Positions 26,368 to 36,971 of a DNA stretch of 64,000 bases are shown here, one piece after another. Both the position numbers and the translations under genes were made by a program. This stretch comes from Antedon mediterranea (lineage: Eukaryota; Animalia; Echinodermata): NCBI RefSeq assembly GCF_964355755.1, contig NC_092680.1, positions 17,555,045 through 17,619,044 on the forward strand, written 5' to 3'. The notes below the pieces were generated by a model. It was given only the letters and a program-made list of their open reading frames with translations, was not told where the DNA came from and did not search any database. How positions within the stretch are numbered: the stretch's first letter is position 1; each line of letters opens with the position of its first letter.

Positions 26368-27327
26368 CTAGATGTTAACACAGTAATTTCAGCGTTAACG
26401 AACTGGCGATTTCAAATGTAGGCCTACTGTACGTACAGCAGGACTGTAATACATTGTCCTTGACAGAAACGAATAAATAGATACGATTATTTATGTAGTC
26501 AACTAAAATTAGCATCTTGGGAATTACTTCCGAAAAAGAAACTTGTCACACAAAATTATTTTTGTGTGTGTTTTGTATGCAACATTAGAGATGGGGAAGA
26601 GGATGGTTACAAAGAGGACCAATTTTTAAATATATGCTTTATCCACTCAGTAACGAAATATTTTGTCAATTTGTATTGGCCTATAAATAATATACCAATA
26701 CAGTAAAACATTTGGGATTTAATACTTTGTGTTAACATGTCACTACCATAGTCGACTGAAATAGTAAAGTACGTGTAATGATACACCTCTACGATGTTTA
26801 TATTTTTTTAAATTATTACCCAAAGGGCCAATAAATTTACCTACCTGTGTTAAAACAAATAATTATACTAGGAGAGACTGAGACATCGGAATGTTCCATT
26901 CATCGGAAATCAAAACATTTGTATAAACGTATATCGGCCTGTCTTCAACATTATGATTCTGTACTCGAGCCGTTCAACCGGTGTTCAGCTATTAAAACAA
27001 TTATCGCAGAAGGGGAAGGAGATAGGTTAATGCGAAGCATCTTCGTATTATTGTGTGTGGGTATTTTTCAAGATGGACCATCCATCCATTGGGACAGTGT
27101 ATACCACGATCGGAAAACACCCCTATTTGGGGCAAATCGTTGAACCTAAATTCATTTTAATTGTCAATAACTAATTATCTAACTCACTTTAATTAGTAAA
27201 CAGAGTTACATCAGGTGGTTAAAATCAGTACCGAATGTACGAACCAACTTTATATACCATCGAGTAAACATTCTAGAAGTAACGCGCGATTTACCGAATT
27301 TTGCCCTTACGTCAATGTATTTATAGA
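26368..27327 (-). mobile_element. Non-autonomous Helitron (same family as 43900-44824)
   Basis: Minus strand reads A|TCTATAAAT...CTAG|T and is collinear with 43900-44824. It is absent upstream of copy 4. Confidence 0.8.
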
Positions 27328-27375
27328 TTAGTAGTTTCTAAATCTGATCGAAAATCCGGTGATATTTCATACTTA

Positions 27376-27452
27376 CCCTGTTACTTTTGACAGTATTGTA
27401 TTGTCCAGTTAGCTCTCGATCTGTATTTGAATAATTTTGCTTGAACTGGTAC
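27376..27452 (-). other. Putative 5'-UTR exon of TM-Roco copy 2 (paralogous block ~40200-40277 for copy 4)
   Basis: The block is conserved between the two paralogues and ends in a canonical GTAAGT donor on the minus strand. Confidence 0.45.
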
Positions 27453-28329
27453 TGGTTGTAATGTGATATAGTATTCAAAATCGATTGCTTCTTTAAGTTT
27501 AAAGAGCTATTGGAAACGATGGTGTAGAGTCTTTTGATTTCCGCTCCAGTATACTATTATATAAATAATTTATATACATTATATACATACACAATTGTCA
27601 ACAGGTACCTCAAGTCAACAGAACAAAGAACAGTCTTTACACTGCTTTGATTTTATTGAATTCTGCAATGAGAATTGCTTCTCTGTCAATAAAGCTAATA
27701 AAAGCTTAAGTTTTAGTTTCAATTTAGTTTCAGTTTCAAAGCATTTCAAATACTGTACATTAAAGATAAATATACAAATGCTTGTATGGATAAGAGCGAA
27801 GCTCGTTTACCGGCCACTAATTAGTTAAGTACATTACAAACAACATGAAGACAGGACAAAGGTACAATACATAACAAGGCATGTGAAACCTTAAACTATT
27901 GGAATAACTAATATATTTAAAAAAAATAATAATGTTAAATTACTGAAGTAAGTTTAACAGAAAGATTATATATATATTTACTGGTATTATATACCACTGT
28001 GGGTATCAGCCACTGATACCCACAGCATTGTCATTTTTTCAGTAATTTGCCTTTGGATTTATATTTCGCCAATGAGCTATGCTCGACGCGATTATGAGAT
28101 CATGTTCCGAATATGAGCACTGTTTCTATAATTTACAGTATGATTTATATACAATTTACACAGTGCTACGCAACATCATTGATTTACATATACACAATAT
28201 TATTTAAAAAACCGTTGCGAATTAAAGTTGGAATTTATTCTGACTTGTTAAGCCTCCACTGATTGTGAGGGCGTTTGTTGTATGAGAGAATGTATCTGGT
28301 GGGTGAAAATCTGTGATAATACCATACAT

Positions 28330-28401
28330 GGCTCTGTGGTCTAGTGGTATGATACTCGCCCTGTAAGCGAGAGGTTGCAGGTTCGAATCCAGCCAGAGAC
28401 A
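28330..28401 (+). mobile_element. tRNA-Thr(TGT)-like cloverleaf embedded in a repeat (probable pseudogene or SINE part)
   Basis: GGCTCTG..CAGAGAC acceptor stem with a mismatch, A box TGGTCTAGTGG, anticodon arm CTCGC-CCTGTAA-GCGAG (C at position 33), and GGTTCGAATCC. The same element with flanks is inverted at 40859-40930. Confidence 0.6.
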
Positions 28402-28539
28402 TTTTTTCATACAACTAAAAAATATGGAACTGAAAAAAATGACAATGCTGTGGGTATCAGTGGCTGGATCTCAATGGAGATACAAAAATAAAAAGCGAAA
28501 AGCTAAATCAAAACGATAAAGTAAACAGCCAAAAAGTTA

Positions 28540-28576
28540 GCAGAGCTTTCGGGCAACACTAGCCCTTCATCAGTGC
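28540..28576 (-). ncRNA. Minimal type I hammerhead ribozyme motif (Penelope-type)
   Basis: Minus strand reads GCA-CUGAUGA-A-GGGC(UAGUGUU)GCCC-GAAA-GC-UC-UGC, with a palindromic AGCU stem III. A degenerate copy lies at 21321-21360. Confidence 0.7.
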
Positions 28577-29103
28577 AAGTGAAGGAATTTGAATAACGTC
28601 AGAGTATAAAGTGTGGAAATATATATATATATACTGTAAGTATATAGAACAGTGCTCATATTCGGAACATATTCGATCTCATAAACGCGTCGAGCATAGC
28701 TCATTTTTAAGTAACAACAATAAATAAGTATACAACAAAGTTCAAAATAGTGAATTTAAAAATAATCTTTAGAAACTAGGCTTTAACCATTGTTGCCTCA
28801 TCTATACAATATTAAAAAATGGAATCTTATACACAGACAATTATTGTTGAATGTATTGTTATCCAACGCTATCCAATAAGCATGAAGTAGAGCGTACAGA
28901 AAACCATAAATGGCAATAGCAGCAATGCTTAGTTATACCAGGGATATTCCAAATAATTCCTCCAGGGTTATATAAATAATCTGGTGGAATGCTTTGTATC
29001 CGTTGAACTGGGTACACATCTGCGGGTTTAATTAAAGCCAGGAAGTACATACCATGCTGCAGGCTAATGTACTTATTGGCATCTAAAGATCAATAATAAC
29101 AAA

Positions 29104-29575
29104 ATGAAAGTGTGGAAATATGTAGACAACCTCACACTTGGTGAAAATAGGACTAGTGGTGATACATCGATTCAAACTAGTTTAGACACTCTGTTTGAAT
29201 GGAGCATTAATAATAAACTTAAACTAAATACAAATAAATGCCTTGCAATGCATATCAATTTTCGTAAACGTATATCCCCCTATCCTGATTTGCATATATC
29301 TAATCACTCTTTTGCTATAGTACAGGAAGTTAAATTGTTAGGTGTAATCTTTCAAAAGTAGATAGAATTTGTATTCAAGCTAACAAGAAAATGTGTATGA
29401 TACGCAAGTTGAAAGAAGCAGGTATTAATAGTAATGAACTTATTTCTGTTTACAAGGGTTATTTAATACCGGTGCTTGAGTATGCAGCCCCTTTGTGGCA
29501 TGCTGGTCTTACGCATGTGAATCAGGTGGAAAAGATTCAGAAGCGTGTCTGCAAAATTGTGTTGGGCAAAGAGTA
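29104..29575 (+). mobile_element. Degenerate LINE (CR1/L2 group) reverse transcriptase fragment
   Basis: KYVDNL (YxDD-like), EWSINNKLKLNTNKC, and PVLEYAAPLW...EKIQKR. It is interrupted by a stop and a frameshift. Confidence 0.8.
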
Positions 29576-29780
29576 CACTACAACATTCTCAATGTCAACA
29601 TGCATCAATAGATTGTAACCATCAGAATTGTCGCGTTTCGTTGATCTGCTTTCAGATTTTCTGATATACACTATTGGCATTGAGGAGGTAGTTTTACTTT
29701 CATGTAAGAATGTCACTCTTGAATAAATCGTTTAATGCAGCAGCGGCAACTTTAAGCAAATTAATGTCTTTCTCTAACAT
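29575..29780 (-). pseudogene. Decayed, internally deleted TM-Roco fragment (sixth copy remnant)
   Basis: acactacaacattctcaatgtcaacatgc matches the MHVDIENVV region. cgtttcgttgatctgctttc...tttcatgtaagaatg matches the SYMKVKTTSSIP...KADLRN region. The intervening WDFAGQ segment is missing. Confidence 0.75.
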
Positions 29781-29884
29781 TATACAACTTGCCGCATGTA
29801 TGAGATAGGTATGTGTATATGCAATCGTCATTTAGTGACAGGTACCAGCAAGCCATCTAAATATAATTAATTGTTGGCAACTTC

Positions 29885-32800
29885 TCAAATAGCAACTTGT
29901 CTAGTGGTTATCGGTCTACTGCATGTAAAACTAAACTGTAAAATTAAAGCATTTTAAAATCAAGTTAGGTTAAAATAAGTATATTTACAGTGCATGTAAT
30001 TTGTTCACGCGAATCCAACGTTTCAAAGAGAAAAAATCGCCTACTCTCTTTTCCACTACATGAACGAATAGCTGCGACGTTCATGTTCTTCTCGCGTGGT
30101 TGCTGAGCTTTTCGATTTGCTCATGAAAGCGTCATAGGTCATGTCCTGATCTCTGATTAGTTGCGCAATATTTCGCTTCGCAAAAAGTTGAAACAATTCG
30201 AACTAGTAAATTTCGCTGCAGCAAAAATCAAGGAACTAGAATTCGTCGCAGAAAGGGAGTATGACAAACAAAAACTCGAATACGCATGCGTAGAGCATAA
30301 TTCAATTCAATTCAATTCAATTAAAACTTTATTATCCCCATGGGGAAACTCTGTTGGCCTTTTCAAAAGTACAGTACATACAAATATAAAATGGATACAG
30401 TACATAAAATATAAATACGATAAAAAAAGACGCTTTCGATTCGCGCGAACAAATTCGCCTAGTGGAAAATCAGCTTTAGACAATTATAATAAAGAGAACG
30501 GAACCATTAGGAAACTATTATCATCGCGAAAGCTATTTATTTTGGGTTTTGGGACTAATGTATAGGTCCATGCTGCTCGACCCAAAGTACGTCTGTGAAA
30601 AGAGACGAAGACTCACGGTTAAACGATTTTGGATTCTCATCCTTTGATTGGTTGACGCAAATCAACACACTGCGGAAAAAAATGTTCTCACGTGTCGTGA
30701 AGTCACGTGTCTCTGAGGATGTTCAATACACGGGAAAATAATGTATCAAAACGAGCGGCGTTTTTTTTGTAAGAAATATTTCTTCTTTATCACCAATCAA
30801 CAGTAGGGTTGTATTTCTGATACGTTTACGTTTACGTTTACGTTTACTCGACAATATTAATGTATTTAAATGTCAAGTACATCAATATAATTTTAAAATG
30901 TTATGGAATAATTACGTAAATGTTGGTTTCACCATACAGTATAAAAATAGTGAAACTGCATCGTGCATTGTAATTATGTTATGTTAATACGAGTGAAAAC
31001 GTTGCTGAAACTAAAAACGTTGCTATGTTTTTCAAAAAATTTCCTTTCCCGTAAAATGTGGCCTACTGTTTGTAAAACACAATTTGCAATGCTACTAATA
31101 TGTCTGTTTTCACTTAGCAAACAAAAAACAGACTTACATTAACGGTGTTACATCTTACTACAGAGAACAAAAATCAAAATAAATATATTTACCTCTGGTT
31201 TACGATACACTTTGTGATGTGCATCTACTCTGTATTCATTCAATGCAGAGACATCGTTACTTAATGTAATAAGATTCACCAAACACATTGTTCCATCCAA
31301 AGAACTACATCTTTCACACACTGGACCACAAATATACTGATCATGAAAGTAATCCGGATTAAAAGTCTGTTCGATTATTCCTTCAATCGAATTAAGAATT
31401 GTCTGTAAGATATTAACTGACTGACTCGGAATTTCTTTAGACACTGACAGTTTGATCAGATTTCTATCATAAAAGAAAATACTGCCAGAAGAAACTGTGT
31501 CAGTGTTTATTTGAAAAAAGCAGGTGTCACTTGCTCTGAATCGTGCACAGTTATAATAAATATTATTCCAATCAAATACTTGGCAGCATTTTGCAATAAG
31601 TCGAAGAAATACAAACTCCAGTAACATTTCACCAAAATCGAAATAAAAAATATCAGAAGTACAATCAATATACTCAAATTCACGTTGTTGTAAATCAATT
31701 TTGGGCAATTTGCAAGGAAGACAAAATGTTCCAACTTGATCAACTTGATTAGTTATTGTAAGTGGAAACATCAACTGTGTTCCAACCAAGTACCGAATCA
31801 CATAAGGATAAACTCTCCAAATTCCTTTCATTCGGCAAATGTGTTCCAATAGTCTACTGTCTACAATCCCTGTTTCTTGTAATCGCTGCCAAAGATCAGA
31901 TAAAGCTCTGTTTCTTTTGTGTGGTTCAGGTACATTCACTAATAATTTCAGAATGTCTATTAATATCTGAGGATCACAAACAACATAATTCTGAAGTAGT
32001 TCATCAAATTCATTGTATATGATATCTCCCGATTTTTCAAAGAAATTTAGAAGTTGACGCACCTCAAATTTCACAAAAATTGTGCTTGCTGTTAACATTA
32101 ATTCATCTTCAATTTCTTTTATACTCACAATAATGAAATTTCTATGACGAAATCCATTTAACGTTTCTTTAAACAATAGGTATTTGACATAAAACATTTC
32201 GCAAACGTATTTAAATTTTATAATTTCGTTATATATATTTTGTCGTAAGATGTTAAGCTCCGTATCAACATTGAATGAGTTTTCAATAAAAAAGCAAAGT
32301 CGTCCACTTGGATGAAAAGCAAGTAATTTAGAAAACCTTTTGTAAAGATGTGCATTTACACATCTCTCAAAGGTGGAAAACGCCTTTTCATCACGTACAC
32401 TTCCTCTTCTTGTTCCTACAAGAAACACTACAGCATTCTCAATATCAACATGCATAGCAATAGATTGTAACCAGAATTGTAGCCGTTTAATGTGTCTATG
32501 AGGATTAGAAATCGCCTCTACAGCGTTGAAAACAACCAAATATACGCCTTGCTTTGGCATAAACAGATGATGCGTATTATAGTACATGTCTTGTCCTGCA
32601 AAATCCCATAAACTAAGTCTGGCGTCAATGTAACATTCGTTTCGTAGATCTGCTTTCATTGAATTTCTGATATGTACTATAGGTATTGATGATGTAGTTT
32701 TTACTTTGACATAAGATAATATCTCGTAGATAAAAAACCCAGTAATTGGGGCATAAAATAAAATCAAGTCAAATATATACTGTGAATTGGAATGGTTATG

Positions 32801-34033
32801 ACCATCTCTTAAATTAAACACATTTCCAAATCTCCAACCACATACTTCTGCTAAACATATTCCAACAATAAACCCTGTTGATTTCTTTAAAATGTAATTT
32901 CCAGGTGTATAGCCATAAGCTACCATCTTTCTTCCTAATATAACCCCACACATTATGGAAAAGACTATTGCAATGAAACAAAATAAAATACATATTTCAA
33001 CAAAATTGTTCCTTCCTAAGTATATTGCTGTAATGATACAAATTATGTTAATCATTAACAGAATAATCAACTTCCTTCGACTTAATGAAAATATGTGTGT
33101 GTTAATGCTCCTAAAAATTACAATTATAATAACTGCCGAAAATACGAATTTAAAATAATATAATATATTATAAAGAAATGATAGTTTTTTAAAAAAACTT
33201 TCAATAGAAATATCAGTCTTATTTGGGTGTACCATAAAGCACAATGCTACACAGATACCAGTCCTTCCACCTGTACTCATAAGCACACCAATAAGGAACG
33301 AACCAACTCCATAAATGCAAACATCTATCACCGCAGATACATACATCCATATTGACTCTATGCTTTGTAAGTTTAAAAAATGTTCATTTAATTGTGTAGC
33401 GCTATCTAATATTACCATAAATATAGCATATCCACAACCAAATCGATATGCACTGTGGACATCACATATTGACATAACACAAACAATGTACAACCACACG
33501 ACTGGACCAAACCCGAATGTAAATCCACCAAAACAAAGTATAGTCATGAAAGGAACAATATACAACATTAAATAACATGTGTCCTCCAGTAATTTTTGCA
33601 TTAATACTTGTGGATTATTTTTGGACCGACCACGAGAATTTGATACCTTATTTTTGCTCTGTTTAAGGACACGTGATACAGTCCACCACGCTGCTGAACT
33701 TTCATAATCTTCTAGTGGAGTACTGGTCACTTCACACCATTTACTATTAACATCACTGACTTTCGCCTGTACTGTGTTTGTTTCAATTCCGATTGTACTA
33801 GGCTCTTCTGGTCGAAAATCCTTTCCTTGTAAACGCCTGCAAGTCGAGGTTTTTCCAGCACCATGATCACCCAGAATAAGTACCTTAGTTCTGTTAAAAG
33901 GTACTTTTCCCTTTTCTTGAGCTGTTTTGTAAGCTTCTTTAATCTCAGTATCGTCTGCTAAAACTCGCATGTTAAAACTTCGCTGAAACGACTCAGCATA
34001 TCCTTTCAAGTAAGCCACCCCCTTTTCATCCAT
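29885..34033 (-). CDS. TM-Roco copy 3 (intact; exons 34033-31193 and 29935-29885; 963 aa)
   Basis: Uninterrupted ORF with GDHGAGKTS (aa 55-63), T80, DFAGQ (aa 477-481), VGTRRG and a COR-like C-terminal half. Phase-0 intron GAG|gtaaat...ttacag; last exon FSFTCSRPITTRQVAI*. Confidence 0.9.
29998..30474. mobile_element. MITE-like element in the last intron of copy 3
   Basis: Inverted ends aatttgttcacgcgaatc and gattcgcgcgaacaaattcgcctagtggaaaatcagc, with a nested (caatt)n tail. Confidence 0.5.
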
Positions 34034-34974
34034 TTTGCTAGTTATTTCCTGTTTGATATTTATTTATCTAAGAAAGGTTCCTCTCCTGCCTTGTATTTTT
34101 CTATAACAAGAACATATGTTAATAAAGCATTCAAATGGAAAGTGTCAAGACATAGTAATATAAAATTAAAACTAGCCTAAAGCGAAAAGGATATATTAAA
34201 AATAAGTACAAAAAGGTTTTGTATTATTATATATATGTTTTTAGTTTATAGGGCAACACTACAAATGATGCTAATTAATGCATGTCTACATTAGTTATTG
34301 TGTGGGAAGGATCTTGCTTCTTTTGGATGATAGTGCTCATTCTGGCATTAGAACAGGTAACCGTCTAAAGGTTTGCCAGTAGAGTACATTAGGTTTTAAA
34401 AATAAATGCCTAAAAAATAAACAAAGAATTAACCCGCTAAGATTATGGTGATGTTAAGAAATGAACATTTTAAGAAATGAATATGATAAAATATGATTTA
34501 TGACACGGAAAATTAAATTGAATAACGATGACGTTTTTGGTTAATCGTGATGTTTATCTTTATTTTATTTTTTTTTTTAATTTATTTTTTTTAAAACCAT
34601 ATTTAATGAGGGTGATCCATCCAGCTATTGCTGATCATTAGGGACCCTCAGAGGTTCACAAGACAAACATATACACAAGATGCTCTACATAAACAAAGTC
34701 TTATTACAAGTCTTTGGGAGTGGAGTAATTTGGTCCTTAGAAAAAATCCTGACATGTGACGGGAATTGAACCCAGGACCCTTGGAGCCACAACCAATATA
34801 ACCTCAATGAAACGTGTCTGTTTACATTGTGTTGCGCGTTAACAATAATCCAATGTCTAAAGTACATACATTATTTGTACTGGTGACGAGTATAAAAAAA
34901 CAAACCTACCATTAGACAATTCAATCTATAAATATAGGCAGTAGGTATTCTTTGTCCATCGTTGTTTAATACTA

Positions 34975-35920
34975 AATTTTTACATTTGTTTTTTTTTCTA
35001 TAACATTGAGTAAACATTGTATAAATATATAAGCCCAAATCACCATCATATTATATTTCCCCCTTAATTATAGGTAGATCTTTAGTCTGTAAGAGATCTC
35101 TTAGGTCGACTACTACAGTACATCTGTTTACTCCTAAACTGTGGAACAATCTTCGTAATTCAATTCAAATGAACAATCTATTGAAGTTGTCAAAACTTAA
35201 AAAACCCACCATTTTGTTCTTTGTAATTCAATCTGTTTCCCATCTTTATTTTTAAGCGCTTTGAGACAATTGTTAAAACCGCTATATACATTTGACAACA
35301 TCAACATGCAAGGAATCAAAGTTACTTCTTGAAATGGATAAGTTTAAAGTATAAATTGATTGTAATCTTACCCAGGCTTACTCAGTAGCCTTAATATCCA
35401 TTAAGTGATCAGTACAATTTATTTCCTTAATGCCGGATATAATCGAGGACTCGGAGCAACACGTACCGTTTAAGAACTTAGGTTAATTACTATCTTCTAT
35501 GTCCAAACAATAGATCGAAACTGATCTGCTTAAAATCTTGAACGTCATACTTTATCGATACTTAATCAATCTTCCTCTCTCTATTTGGAATACTGGGGCA
35601 AACAGTGATCCATTTGTAGATACACAACCAACAAATGTACAACAAGTAACGTACCGCACTAACTATTGAATCAAACCAATGTATTTCCTGGTTCGTCAAC
35701 CCCTGACATTAATCTTTAAATGACAAAAGCATACATTATAAAAACCATACAAACATACTATTATACATTATAATATTATTAATATAAAGGCTCAATAGCA
35801 CTGTAGAAGAAGGAACGAAATACATTTGTCATCAGCAAACAGACGGAAATCAGATGATACTTATAAGTATTTTTTGAGAGATAAAAGAACCTGAAGAAAC
35901 AAATTGACTTCTCTAATCAG
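34975..35920. repeat. Duplicated upstream block shared by copies 3 and 4 (second copy ~41620-42545)
   Basis: Collinear high identity (e.g. ggactcggagcaacacgtaccgtttaagaacttagg). It contains a minus-strand GGTAAG donor at ~35370 and ~41985. Confidence 0.85.
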
Positions 35921-36160
35921 AACGATCATCAATATTCAAAATTAATCATTATCAAAAAACTCGTGAATGTCCAAAAAAAAAACAGTTCTTGTCCGCTTGC
36001 TTTTGTTTTCCGTACTCCGTCTTGAATCTTCTGGAAGGTCTTGTTGTTCTATTATTATTATTATTGTAAATTATCGGCTGTCTTCATCCAATAGTTATAG
36101 ACATAAAATCTGCTATCTACTTGGTTCACTCTGGTTAAAAAATTGTTGCTTCTCTAAATT

Positions 36161-36260
36161 GCTTGTTTTCGTGTAAAATAAATGTCAGCTTGTCTTCGTG
36201 TAAAATAAATTTCTGCTTGTCTTCGTGTAAAATAAATTTCTGCTTGTCTTCGTGTAAAAG
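36161..36260. repeat. 27-bp tandem repeat, ~3.5 copies
   Basis: Unit gcttgtcttcgtgtaaaataaatttct. Confidence 0.8.
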
Positions 36261-36971
36261 ACATTTCTGGTTTTCTCCTATCAAACAAATATCTGGTTGT
36301 CTTCTTTGTCTTCGTCTCTTGTTCTATTTCAAGAAATTATTTCTTGCTTTTATTTTCTGCTTCTTGTCTTGTTAATTCTGGTTTGCTCACTCTGTTTCTT
36401 ATAAAATTGCACCATGTAATATAATGTGTTGAGGTTTAACCTAATTAAAGACTGTACTCGCTTGACTGCAGTAACACATATATTGTTTATTCAATAATAC
36501 TTGATACAATAATAATTCAGGATAATATAACTCAGGATAGTATTCAGAATAATGCAACTAAGGAACAGAGGATAAAGTGATTCTGTCAGTAAGATGTGAG
36601 TGTAGATGTGCTTCTGAAGAAATGTCGGTAAGGTGTGTCTGGAGGCTCCTGGAACTTGGGGGTATATCGGCTTCAGTTCATTATCATATGTCATTACGTC
36701 ATCTCTGAGACTATGATTGGTCCTAAATTGGTCCAGAGACTTTTTGGAAGTATTGATTAATTGTATATTAAAGTATTTCAATGACGGATATCATTGTCAA
36801 ATCTGTACATAAATAGTGTCAATCTCTCCTGGTTTACCGATGGGAAAGGTCATAAAGTTAAGCTGTTTCTTTAGGGACCCATTAATTATGGACTAAATGG
36901 AATTTTAAAACATCTGGATAAACTCCCCACTGGACCTTATAATATACAACTGATACAGAAGATACACTGTT

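Noticed and set aside
28330-28401. Functional tRNA-Thr gene
   Set aside because: It has an acceptor-stem mismatch and C at position 33, and it is embedded in a repeat duplicated with its flanks. tRNAscan-SE would be needed to overturn this.
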